From Dehalococcoidia bacterium (lineage in GTDB: Bacteria > Chloroflexota > Dehalococcoidia > GIF9 > AB-539-J10): a stretch of 64,000 bases of DNA. The translations under genes were made by a program, and so were the position numbers. The stretch spans positions 6,300 through 70,299 of the forward strand of contig JAUVZB010000005.1 of the NCBI GenBank assembly GCA_030602785.1, read 5' to 3'. Shown piece after piece: positions 46,744-55,792 of this stretch (position 1 is the first letter of the stretch; every line of letters begins with the position of its first letter). The notes below the pieces were generated by a model, which was given only the letters and a program-made list of their open reading frames with translations, was not told the origin of the DNA and ran no database searches.

Positions 46744-48768
46744 ATGCAGACGCCTGACTGGCTCGGAGAGTTGAACCCGCGGCAGCGCGAGGCCGTCACT
46801 CACGGCGACGGCCCTCTCCTGGTCGTGGCCGGGGCAGGAAGCGGGAAGACGAAGACACTGGCCTACCGCGTCTCGTTTCTCATCTCACAGGGTGTCCCTC
46901 CTGAGCGTGTACTCCTCCTGACCTTCACCCGGCGTGCGGCCGAGGAGATGCTGAAACGAGCAACAGCGGCCGTTGCCACACAGCCCGCGGCCGTTCATCG
47001 CGTCTGGGGAGGCACATTCCACGCCGTTGCGAACAGAATCCTGAGGATCTACGCGCAGTCCGCGGGCCTCGCGGCCAATTTCACCGTAATCGACCGGACC
47101 GACGCTGAGGACTTCCTCAACGTTGTGCGAAACGAATCAGGCTTCGCGAAAAAGGGCCGGCGCTTCCCCCGAAAAGCCACCTGTATGGACATCTACTCCC
47201 GGCGCGTGAACTCCGAAGAAGACCTCAGGACGGTCCTCGCGAAGCACTACCCGTGGTGCCTCGAATGGGAAGACGACCTGACGACTCTGTTCAGAGCTTA
47301 TGTCGAACGGAAGCAGAAACAGAGCGTGCTCGACTACGACGATCTTCTTCTCTATCTGTACTACCTCCTCGAGGAACCACGCCTGAGTGAAGCACTGGGC
47401 GGCCGCTTCGACCATGTTCTCGTCGACGAGTACCAGGATACCAACCGCATGCAGGCCGGCATACTGGCCCGCCTGCGAGTGAGCAACCGGAACATCACGG
47501 TGGTCGGAGACGACGCGCAGAGTATCTACAGCTTCCGCTCTGCCACCGTCAGGAACATGCTGGACTTCCCGTCCGAGTTTCCGGGCACGTCCGTCGTCAC
47601 CCTCGACCAGAACTACCGTTCGCTGCAGCCGATACTCGAGACCACGAACAGGGTCATCTCCATGGCACACGAGCGCTATTCGAAGGAGTTGTGGGCCACG
47701 CGGGGCCAGGGCCAGCGCCCGCAACTCATCACGTGCACTGACGAAAGCCACGAGGACGACGAGGTGATTCGGCTCGTACTCGATCACTACGAGCAGGGTA
47801 TCCCCCTGCGCCGGCAGGCAGTGCTGTTCCGGGCCGCATCCCATTCCGCCTCGCTCGAGCTGGCTCTTGCGCGCAAGAACATCCCGTTCCACAAGTACGG
47901 TGGGTTGCGATTCCTCGAGGCCGCCCACGTCAAGGACATCGTCAGCCTGCTGCGCATGGTCGAGAACCCACGGGACGAGGTCGCGTGGTTCCGAATCCTG
48001 CAACTCATAAGCGGCATCGGTCCTGCTACGGCGACGGCGGTGTTCGCGCACATTGCGGCACACGGCTACGAGCCCGCATCAATCGAATCATTCAGCGCTC
48101 CTCAGGCAGCGCGCGAGGAACTTCTGCAGCTCGGTAGGCTGATGGCCGACCTGAGGCAACTCAGGGGCAGTGTCCCTGCCGCCCTCATAGAGAGAGTGAG
48201 AACTTACTACGGACCTCTCCTCAAGAGGAACTACGAGAACCCGGAGCCGCGCGAGAACGACATCGCACACCTTGAACAACTCGCCACAGGCTACACGTCG
48301 CTCGAGACGTTTCTCGACGACCTCGTTCTCGACCCACCGATTTCGACGGGCGACCTGGCCGGCACCCCTATCAAAGATGAGGACTGGCTGGTCCTTTCCA
48401 CAATCCACTCGGCCAAAGGACTGGAGTGGGATGTTGTATACCTCATCCACGCGGCCGACGGATGCCTGCCATCAGACATGTCGACCGGCAGCAGGGAGGA
48501 ACTCGATGAGGAGCTGCGCCTCACGTACGTCGCGATGACTCGTGCCAGGGACTTCCTCTACGTTCTGTGGCCCTTGCGTTTCTATGGCAGAACCCCCGGA
48601 ACTACAGATCACCACACCTACGCACAGCGCTGCCGTTTCTTCACGGAGGACGTCCTGTCGACGATGGACTGTCGGTCATGCGGCACAGAGGAGCACCTGC
48701 CCGGGCTCCCAGCACCCGGCCAGCCGGCCCGGGACATCGCGGCGCGCATCCGGGGCATCTGGGCCTGA
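46744..48768 (+). CDS. UvrD/PcrA/Rep-family SF1 DNA helicase
   Basis: Motifs are LNPRQREAV, Walker A AGAGSGKT, VDEYQDTN, VGDDAQSIYSFR, TIHSAKGLEW and YVAMTRAR. Confidence 0.85.
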   Translation: MQTPDWLGELNPRQREAVTHGDGPLLVVAGAGSGKTKTLAYRVSFLISQGVPPERVLLLTFTRRAAEEMLKRATAAVATQPAAVHRVWGGTFHAVANRILRIYAQSAGLAANFTVIDRTDAEDFLNVVRNESGFAKKGRRFPRKATCMDIYSRRVNSEEDLRTVLAKHYPWCLEWEDDLTTLFRAYVERKQKQSVLDYDDLLLYLYYLLEEPRLSEALGGRFDHVLVDEYQDTNRMQAGILARLRVSNRNITVVGDDAQSIYSFRSATVRNMLDFPSEFPGTSVVTLDQNYRSLQPILETTNRVISMAHERYSKELWATRGQGQRPQLITCTDESHEDDEVIRLVLDHYEQGIPLRRQAVLFRAASHSASLELALARKNIPFHKYGGLRFLEAAHVKDIVSLLRMVENPRDEVAWFRILQLISGIGPATATAVFAHIAAHGYEPASIESFSAPQAAREELLQLGRLMADLRQLRGSVPAALIERVRTYYGPLLKRNYENPEPRENDIAHLEQLATGYTSLETFLDDLVLDPPISTGDLAGTPIKDEDWLVLSTIHSAKGLEWDVVYLIHAADGCLPSDMSTGSREELDEELRLTYVAMTRARDFLYVLWPLRFYGRTPGTTDHHTYAQRCRFFTEDVLSTMDCRSCGTEEHLPGLPAPGQPARDIAARIRGIWA

Positions 48769-48882
48769 TGCCACCTGCGGCAAGTACGCAACCAACCCTG
48801 TCGTACACTTGCCGGCTGCGCTATAATGCTCCGAGAATCAAGGCTGGGACGGACACGTCGGTCCCGTTTGAGAGCGTACATC

Positions 48883-49314
48883 ATGCATAGACACCTTGTT
48901 GCCTTTCGGACGCTTTTGCCCCTGCTGGCGGCATGTTGCCTCATTCTCGCCGGGTTCGGCGGTTGCTCGCAGGGCGAGAAGCCGCTGCCGGCGGTGTCGG
49001 GCGTCCAGGTCGAGCACGGCGATGGTGACCCCGCAGATAGCGTGCTCGTGACATGGGATGCGAGCACAGACAGCCGTGTCGAGGGCTACGCCATCTATCG
49101 CGCTGAGGAGGGGCTGGGGTCCACTCCGGGCGAGAAGTCAGAGTTCGTGCTGCAGGCAATCACCTTTGCGACGCGATACGTCGACGAAGAGGTGCACACC
49201 ACGGAGCTGTACCCCTCCATCATGTACTACTACCAGATCACCGTCATCGCCGAAGGCGGCGCTCGCGGGCCAATGTCGGAAGAGGCGAGCATCGAGTATT
49301 CCCAGGCCCCATAG
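48883..49314 (+). CDS. lipoprotein with an FN3-like domain
   Basis: The ATG at 48883 is followed by a signal peptide with lipobox LAGFGGC. The FN3-like segment is VLVTWDASTDSRVEGYAIYRA...YYYQITVI. Confidence 0.6.
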   Translation: MHRHLVAFRTLLPLLAACCLILAGFGGCSQGEKPLPAVSGVQVEHGDGDPADSVLVTWDASTDSRVEGYAIYRAEEGLGSTPGEKSEFVLQAITFATRYVDEEVHTTELYPSIMYYYQITVIAEGGARGPMSEEASIEYSQAP

Positions 49315-49344
49315 AACGTCGGCACAACACACGCTCACAGTCCC

Positions 49345-50259
49345 ATGAACGGCCAGGACGCCAGACTGATAGTCAACTTCGCTCCCACGGGCATGATTCC
49401 GACCAGGGAGATGACTCCTCACGTGCCGCTGAGCGCGGCGGAAATCGTCGAGGACATTCACCAGGCAGTGGAAGTCGGTATCACGATGGTACACATCCAC
49501 GCGCGGGACGAGGCGACCGGAGAGCCAACGCACAAGGCGGAGACGTATGAGCGCATCATCAGAGGTGTAAGACGCTTCGCACCGGACCTCATCATCGCCG
49601 TGTCGCTCAGCGGGCGCACGTTCCAGGAATTCGAGAAGCGGGCGGCCCCGCTCCGACTCGACGGCGGCGCCAAACCGGACATGGGCAGCCTCACGCTGAG
49701 CTCGGTCAACTTCAACAGACAAGCAAGCGTCAACTCACCTGACATGATTCAGCGCCTGGCCCTCGAGATGCGCGACCGGGGCATACTGCCCGAACTCGAA
49801 GCATTCGACGCGGGCAGGATCAACTACGCCAGGTACCTCGACGCAAGGGGCCTGCTCGTTGCGCCGCACTACTTCAACCTGCTTCTCGGCAACATCGCGT
49901 GCGCGCAGGCAGACCTGCTGCATGTGGGAGTCATGATTCGTGACCTGCCGCCTGGCTCCTACTGGAGTCTTGCCGGCATCGGCGATGCGCAACTAACGAT
50001 GAACTCCGTGGCCATCGCCATGGGAGGAGGCGTGCGAGTCGGGCTGGAGGACCAGATCTGGTACGACCGTGGCCGCGCGAGACTCGCGCGCAACGTCGAC
50101 CTGTTGCGACGCATCCACGCGTTGGCCGAGTCAAACGAGCGCCAGGTCATGAGTCCGGCAGAGCTGCGGACGCTGCTCGACCTGGAGCCGGGCAACGGGG
50201 CCTACGGCCGGCGCTCCTCACACACGACCCACACCGACGGGACAGGCCATCCCGGGTAG
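49345..50259 (+). CDS. BKACE-family enzyme (3-keto-5-aminohexanoate cleavage enzyme-like, DUF849)
   Basis: LIVNFAPTGMIPTREMTPHVPLSAAEIVEDIHQAVEVGITMVHIHARD matches the TIM-barrel BKACE signature. Confidence 0.8.
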   Translation: MNGQDARLIVNFAPTGMIPTREMTPHVPLSAAEIVEDIHQAVEVGITMVHIHARDEATGEPTHKAETYERIIRGVRRFAPDLIIAVSLSGRTFQEFEKRAAPLRLDGGAKPDMGSLTLSSVNFNRQASVNSPDMIQRLALEMRDRGILPELEAFDAGRINYARYLDARGLLVAPHYFNLLLGNIACAQADLLHVGVMIRDLPPGSYWSLAGIGDAQLTMNSVAIAMGGGVRVGLEDQIWYDRGRARLARNVDLLRRIHALAESNERQVMSPAELRTLLDLEPGNGAYGRRSSHTTHTDGTGHPG

Positions 50260-50263
50260 CTCC

Positions 50264-51067
50264 ATGGACAAGGACGTCCGCAAATGGGAGTTCACGTCCC
50301 GCAAGTACAGCGGCGGGAAGTACATGGACCCGCTCCTCGACGAGCAGTTCAGGCGCGTCCATCTGGACCTCATCCGCAGATGGGCGCCCCAACTCGAGCA
50401 GCCGCGGGTACTGAAGACCGACGTCTTCGCCGAGGCGACATGTCCGCCGCGCGCATTCTCGTGGGACATCGGCAGCGCGGACAGGCTGGTATCCGTCGAT
50501 ATCTCTCCAAGCCTCGTCATGCAGGCGCGGGATAACGCAAGAGCCCTCGGCTACGGCAACACCGTCTACACTGCAGGCGACGCCAGAGCGCTCCCATTCG
50601 CGGACGGCAGTTTCGACATCGTTGTCTCCGACTCCACGCTGGATCACTTCCACGATAAGGGCGATATTCATCTGGGGCTCGGGGAACTGGCCAGGGTGCT
50701 TCGCCCGGGCGGAGTGCTCATTGTGACGCTGGACAATCCGTGGAACCTGTCGGAACCCTTGTTCCGGCTTTGGATCGCCCTTCACATGAGCCCCTTCTTC
50801 ATCGGCAAGACGCTGTCGGCCCGCAGCTTGCACAGGGCGTTGACCGAGCTTGACCTTGATGTCACAGATGCCACGGCCATACTTCACAACCCACGACTCT
50901 TCGCAAAGGCCGGCATGCGGCTGCTCCGCATGCTGAAACCGCCGCGTTACGAGCGCGTCGCAGCACGACTTCTCGGAATGGGTGATGCGATGGAACGTGC
51001 CGGCACCAGGTATCTCACAGGACAATTCGTGGCAGTGCGCGCCGTCAAGCCACACCCCGGGTCCTGA
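50264..51067 (+). CDS. class I SAM-dependent methyltransferase
   Basis: It starts 4 nt after the BKACE stop. Motifs are LPFADGSFDIVVSDSTLDHF and VLRPGGVLIVTL. Confidence 0.7.
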   Translation: MDKDVRKWEFTSRKYSGGKYMDPLLDEQFRRVHLDLIRRWAPQLEQPRVLKTDVFAEATCPPRAFSWDIGSADRLVSVDISPSLVMQARDNARALGYGNTVYTAGDARALPFADGSFDIVVSDSTLDHFHDKGDIHLGLGELARVLRPGGVLIVTLDNPWNLSEPLFRLWIALHMSPFFIGKTLSARSLHRALTELDLDVTDATAILHNPRLFAKAGMRLLRMLKPPRYERVAARLLGMGDAMERAGTRYLTGQFVAVRAVKPHPGS

Positions 51068-51127
51068 GACGACGCGCAGGCTGTGCTTGCTGTAACCGGC
51101 ACGCCTCCCGTTGGAGGAACCGGACTG

Positions 51128-52321
51128 CTACACGTCAAGCTCCATGCGCCTGCGCTCCTGTGCTTCCCATCGTCGGATTCGAAGAATCCCGTACAGCTCC
51201 CGGGGAGTGTGACGATGGGAGAGGAACAGGGCAATCCGCAACCATAGATACGCAGCCGAAGCAGGAATGGGCATGGGGCCGGTGCATCTGCTCACAACCA
51301 GTTCGACGTATGTCCTGTACGTCCGTGTCCAGTAGAACTTGTACGGCTCGGCCCCCCTGAGGAAATCCACCTCTCGCACCCCGACCGTCATTACCTCGCG
51401 GAACAGCTGCATACCGTGAAGGTGCCCGACACTGTACTCGGAGAACTGGCTCTCGCGGCCCGACCGAAGGAGATACGCTACTCCATCCAGAACCACCGCC
51501 AGGTGCACTGAGGCGGTCCGGCCACTCACCTTCATGGACGAGAGTCGAAGCCAACCGAGCCGGTCCAAGTCCCTCGCAATCCTGTTGTGGAAGGCACGGC
51601 TCGGTTCGTCACGAAACAGGCCCCGCATGCCAACCTCACTCCAGCGGGCCTGGTGCAGTCGGTAGAGTTCGTTCATGACCGCCTGAATACTGTCGCCCGA
51701 ACTCCGATCGAAGACCACGTCATGATGGTCCCGCTCAAGCCGTCTCTGCGCGCGACCGAGTACCTTGCGCCTGCGTCTTCCGACTACCACGAGCAAGTCC
51801 TCCCAGAATGCGGGAAGTGGTACGTACGGAGCCTGCGACACTGTCCGCTCACACCATCGTACACCCGGCCCCGTGGCCGTGAGGGACTCCTTCAGAGCGC
51901 TCAGGAGCGGGAGCTCGGCAGGAACAAGAGAGAGCCGAAGGTAGAGGCCACGACTCAGCGCGGCGCTGCAGAGGTGGTCGGCAATAGCACGGGCAACTTC
52001 CCGGCTAACATCAGGCTGTACCAGTGCAATCCGATTGCGACTCTGTGTGCCTATCGTCTCCAGCGTGTGCAGAGCAAGCGGCCCGATGCTCCAGCGGCGG
52101 CGCACCAGCGGCATGATGCCCACCACCCGGTGTTCATCCTGCACTATCAGAACGTGGAGGCCCTCCCCCTGGCCATAGTGCTCGACCCACGCGCGTATCC
52201 ATTCGAAGGACAGGAAGGGGCTGCGGGCATCAATGCATCGCTCCCAGAGCGCCCGCCACTCATCCACCTCTCCATCAAGCTGACGGATGGAATCCAATAC
52301 CCGGACCTGCAGATGAGTCAT
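51128..52321 (-). CDS. BioF2/FemAB/CelD-like GNAT acyltransferase
   Basis: 397 aa. Motifs are SPFLSFEWIRAW, HRVVGIMPL and FLRGAEPYKFYWT. Its start overlaps the stop of the upstream paralogue (ATGA, 52318-52321). Confidence 0.7.
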   Translation of the reverse strand: MTHLQVRVLDSIRQLDGEVDEWRALWERCIDARSPFLSFEWIRAWVEHYGQGEGLHVLIVQDEHRVVGIMPLVRRRWSIGPLALHTLETIGTQSRNRIALVQPDVSREVARAIADHLCSAALSRGLYLRLSLVPAELPLLSALKESLTATGPGVRWCERTVSQAPYVPLPAFWEDLLVVVGRRRRKVLGRAQRRLERDHHDVVFDRSSGDSIQAVMNELYRLHQARWSEVGMRGLFRDEPSRAFHNRIARDLDRLGWLRLSSMKVSGRTASVHLAVVLDGVAYLLRSGRESQFSEYSVGHLHGMQLFREVMTVGVREVDFLRGAEPYKFYWTRTYRTYVELVVSRCTGPMPIPASAAYLWLRIALFLSHRHTPRELYGILRIRRWEAQERRRMELDV

Positions 52322-53061
52322 GCCTTGCCGTCTTCTGTGACGCTCCTTCCTTCACGACCCGGCAGCCTTGAGACAGGGGGCTGCAGTCCACTAGCCGCGA
52401 GAGTCTCCTCCTTCCAGTTGGTCCTCCACAGCAGCTTCATGTAACGTCCGACCCCGTAGACAGTCGGGGCAAACCTGGCGTGGGCCTTCTGGGAGGCAAC
52501 ATTCGTGACCTCGACCGCATTGCGGGAGGACACATAACCCCTCTTCCGCAGATACTCAAGACGTTCATAGTAGCCATAGGCCATGAGGCCTCTGCCGCGG
52601 TACTTCGGCACGGTGCGCGTACCGCCAGTACATGCCTGCCGCTCTCCAAACGCAACCCGGTACGGCAGCACATCGATGCAGCGCTTGGATTCCTCATCAA
52701 GGGCGACCCAGCCGACATGCGCAAGTTCAGAGCCAACGTAGACACAGAAGGCGACGGCCCCCTTCTTCTCGAGAAGTCCACGAGAGAAGACAAAGGCTGA
52801 GCGCAAATCCTCAAGGCCCTCTGCAACGAGCCCGTCCGCCTCTTCATTGGAGTGAACTACCTTCAAGTCGTACGACTCCAGCCGCGGCAGGAACTTGTCA
52901 CGCGGCCGCGGCACCAGGTTGTGTTCGTAGAGATACACGTCCTGGCGACGGTACACACGTCGAAACAAGAAGCCTGCAAACTCGATCGCATGCCACAATA
53001 AGGCACCTGCCCCTTCGGTTCTCAGAATGTCACGTGCGCGCGATATCAGTGCTGCCAGCAT
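52318..53061 (-). CDS. GNAT-fold acyltransferase, array paralogue P1
   Basis: The shared core is GAVAFCVYVGSELAHVGWVAL...LPYRVAF...TGG...PKYRGRGLMAY...RLEYL...NVASQ. I chose the ATG at 53061 by alignment to the paralogue N-termini (MLAALISRARDILRTEG). The ORF is open to 53265. Confidence 0.65.
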   Translation of the reverse strand: MLAALISRARDILRTEGAGALLWHAIEFAGFLFRRVYRRQDVYLYEHNLVPRPRDKFLPRLESYDLKVVHSNEEADGLVAEGLEDLRSAFVFSRGLLEKKGAVAFCVYVGSELAHVGWVALDEESKRCIDVLPYRVAFGERQACTGGTRTVPKYRGRGLMAYGYYERLEYLRKRGYVSSRNAVEVTNVASQKAHARFAPTVYGVGRYMKLLWRTNWKEETLAASGLQPPVSRLPGREGRSVTEDGKA

Positions 53062-53290
53062 GTACGTTTTCTTGCCCACGTCGTAGAAGACACCCCACAC
53101 AAGCCCGGGTATGTTGGATTGTGTGTCAAAGGCCGGCCGGCAGTCAATGGGCGCCTTGTCCAACGAAGAGGTTGTGGGGTGCCGAACCATCGACAGTAGC
53201 TGCAGGTGGAACTCCAACAACGCGTGCCCGGCCGGCGGATTCGCAGTGCAGAAGGCAGAGTCCAATCATGCGCAACATGGACTCACGGAA

Positions 53291-53995
53291 TCACGGCCTG
53301 GACTCGGGCGGGCGCAGGCAATCTCTCTCAAGCGGTTTCTCCCTCCAGTACGACCATCCAAACACTCTGACGTAGAACCCCCTGGCCCGCGGCTTGCCGG
53401 CGAACTTTTCAGAGACGCGTTGCGAGACGACATTGCCGGTACGCGAGGCATCGCGGTTCACCCTGTAGCCGCGTTCCTGCAGATACTTGAGCCGCTCACC
53501 CAGGCAGTAGGACATCAGTCCCTTGCCCCGATACCCGGGAGCGGTGAAGTCTCCTCCCGTGGAAGCCTCTCCGTGCTCGAAGTCAACACTGTACGGGATT
53601 CGGTCGAAGCAGTCCTTGGCCCTCTTCGTAAGCCCGAACCACCCGACATTTGCCAATTCGCGCCCCTCGTGGACGCAGAAGGCGACCGCACCGCGGTTAA
53701 GGTTTCGGCGCGCCATGATGAACCTTGTCCGAAGATCTTCGAACCCCCGTGCAGCAAGCTGGTCGGCCTCTTCATTCGTCTCGACTATGTGAAGCATGTA
53801 CGACTCGGGGAGGGCGCGCGACTGCGGCATCCCGCCTGACACCAAGTCGTACTCGTACAGATAGACGCTACCGCATTCCACGAACTGGCTCCACAAGTAC
53901 ACCGGGAATGCGATGGAATGTCTCAGAAGTGCCGACGCTCCCTCGTTACGCAGTATCTGCAGAGCACGAGAGGCCAGGATTCGTGTCACAGTCAT
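53291..53995 (-). CDS. GNAT-fold acyltransferase, array paralogue P2
   Basis: The core is GAVAFCVHEGRELANVGWFGL...IPYSVDF...TGG...PGYRGKGLMSY...RLKYL...NVVSQ. The ATG at 53995 follows GGTGGTG. The ORF is open to 54019. Confidence 0.65.
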   Translation of the reverse strand: MTVTRILASRALQILRNEGASALLRHSIAFPVYLWSQFVECGSVYLYEYDLVSGGMPQSRALPESYMLHIVETNEEADQLAARGFEDLRTRFIMARRNLNRGAVAFCVHEGRELANVGWFGLTKRAKDCFDRIPYSVDFEHGEASTGGDFTAPGYRGKGLMSYCLGERLKYLQERGYRVNRDASRTGNVVSQRVSEKFAGKPRARGFYVRVFGWSYWREKPLERDCLRPPESRP

Positions 53996-54163
53996 CAGTT
54001 CACCACCACGGGCACACATCGCCCGAAGTGTGTTCGTGCGCCGGCCGTTCCGTTCATGGTCATACTATGCCCGTAGCGTCACGGTTCTGCCCCGCTGTCC
54101 GTATGCGTGCCAATGCGCCACATGACAAGCCTTCCCTAAAGGCAGCGCACCCGCGCCGCAGAG

Positions 54164-54851
54164 TCAACTCCCGCCGCTAGCCAATGGAATGACTTCCTCC
54201 GAGGCCCCCTGTCTGAGGCAGTGCCAGCCAAACAGCCTCAGGTACAGTGCGCGCACGCGAGTTGAGGCGACTGTCCGCGACATTGCACGTTGCGACGGTA
54301 CGTTGCTCACACGCACATCAGAACGAGATATCACACACCCATGCGCCCTCAGATAAGCCAAGCGCCGGGAATAGCTGTACTGCTGGAGTCCTTTTCTTCG
54401 AAATTCGGGGAAGGTGAATACACCACCGGTGCATCCTTCGCCGCGTGCGAAGTCGATGGCATACGGCACATCATCGAAGCACTCCTTGGCCTCCTTCGAG
54501 AATCCCAGCCAGCCGACATGCGCAAGTTTCGTTCCCGAGTAGACGCAGAAGGCTATGGCACCACGACGCAGGTGTCGAGACGACCCCAGCAGCCTTTCCC
54601 TCACATCCTCATAGCCGTGTGCCACAACTCTGTCGGCATCCTCATTCGAACACAGGAAGTGCGTGGCAAACGCGTCGAGCCGGGGCGGCTCCGGCGACGG
54701 TGGAAGCTCAGCAAGGTCAATCCGATAGAGGTACAACCGCTCAATCACTACGCGCTTCGCCAGGAGCCATGCAGGGAAGCGTACGCCTCGCCACAGAAGA
54801 GCGGCGTACCCCTTCGGTGGCCAGAATCGTCCGCGCCCGGGATTTGAGCAT
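54164..54851 (-). pseudogene. GNAT-fold acyltransferase, array paralogue P3, with an N-terminal frameshift (or a sequencing error)
   Basis: The annotated ORF 54164..54748 lacks the conserved N-terminus. That N-terminus (MLKSRARTILATEG from the ATG at 54851) lies in another frame. It joins ...GYAALLWRGVRFPAWLLAKRVVIERLYLY... if one base is removed from the CCCC run at 54809-54812. Confidence 0.6.
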
Positions 54852-55065
54852 TCCCAGAGTGCCCGAGGACGCTGTCACTTGACCGGTGCCTCCTTCCAGT
54901 CAGTCCACCACAGCACCCGGCGATAATGGCCCGCCCTGTCAAAGCGCGCGACGAACGACAGAGAGGAAACCATCATCGGCGCCACCCACCGCGCAGACTC
55001 ACCATTCCTCTGACTACGCACTATCACTTCGACTCCACGGTCGCAGCGAAAACAATCTCGTGCAG

Positions 55066-55737
55066 CTACGTGTCGCCTTCGTCCCAAGGATACTCGGTCC
55101 ACCGCATTCGGCCAAACAGTATCCGCACGTGTGCCCTGCTGACCACCCTGTGAGGAAAGACCTCCTGACCGCGGAGGGACGGCACGTTATCGGCCAAGGT
55201 GGCGTTGCGACACACTGTGCATCCATGTGATTGCAGATAGGCCAGCCTCCAGCCCATTACGTATCGGTAGATGCCCCGTCCCCGGTATCGGGGAAACGTC
55301 CGCGACCCTCCGGAGCATCCCTCGCCGTTTGCGAAATCGACGGCGTAGGGAAGGACATCAAACGACCGCTTCGCGTCCGCATCGAGCGCCACCCAGGCGA
55401 TGTGCACAAGCACACGGTCAACGTGTGCGCAGAACGCGACCGCGCCGCTCTCCAGTCTTCGCCCGGAGCATCCAATAGCCAGGCGGAAGTCCTCGTATCC
55501 TCCCCGGGCAAGCCGGTCAGCATCGTCCTCGTCTTCGATGACATGGACTTCCAGTCCCGCAACGGGCGGGGCCAGACTCACATCGCCGAGCTCAGTCAGC
55601 ACGAACTCGTGGACAAGGAACCTCGCACTCCAGAAGGCACGTTGCACGAGAGCTGACCAAGAGCGGGCTATACCGAGCATCAAGCCCCGAACACCCTCGG
55701 TCTTGAGGAGCCTCGCCGCACGGGACATCAGCGACAC
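55066..55737 (-). CDS. GNAT-fold acyltransferase, array paralogue P4
   Basis: The core is GAVAFCAHVDRVLVHIAWVAL...LPYAVDF...SGG...PRYRGRGIYRY...RLAYL...NVPSL. The GTG at 55737 lies 8 nt after GGAGG. The ORF is open to 55785. Confidence 0.65.
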   Translation of the reverse strand: MSLMSRAARLLKTEGVRGLMLGIARSWSALVQRAFWSARFLVHEFVLTELGDVSLAPPVAGLEVHVIEDEDDADRLARGGYEDFRLAIGCSGRRLESGAVAFCAHVDRVLVHIAWVALDADAKRSFDVLPYAVDFANGEGCSGGSRTFPRYRGRGIYRYVMGWRLAYLQSHGCTVCRNATLADNVPSLRGQEVFPHRVVSRAHVRILFGRMRWTEYPWDEGDT

Positions 55738-55792
55738 GAGAGAGGCCTCCCTCCCAAACACAGGCGAGATGATGCGGAGACACAATTACGGT

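Noticed and set aside
47137-48063. 308-aa minus-strand ORF
   Set aside because: It is a shadow of the UvrD-type helicase gene, whose motifs are unambiguous on the plus strand.
46744-48768. The UvrD-type helicase with neighbouring MBL and DUF362 genes as a defence module
   Set aside because: The helicase has the full canonical UvrD/PcrA motif set and is divergently transcribed from the neighbours. There is no nuclease or other defence hallmark.
50147-51055. 302-aa minus-strand ORF
   Set aside because: It is a shadow of the methyltransferase and BKACE genes, with no RBS or motifs.
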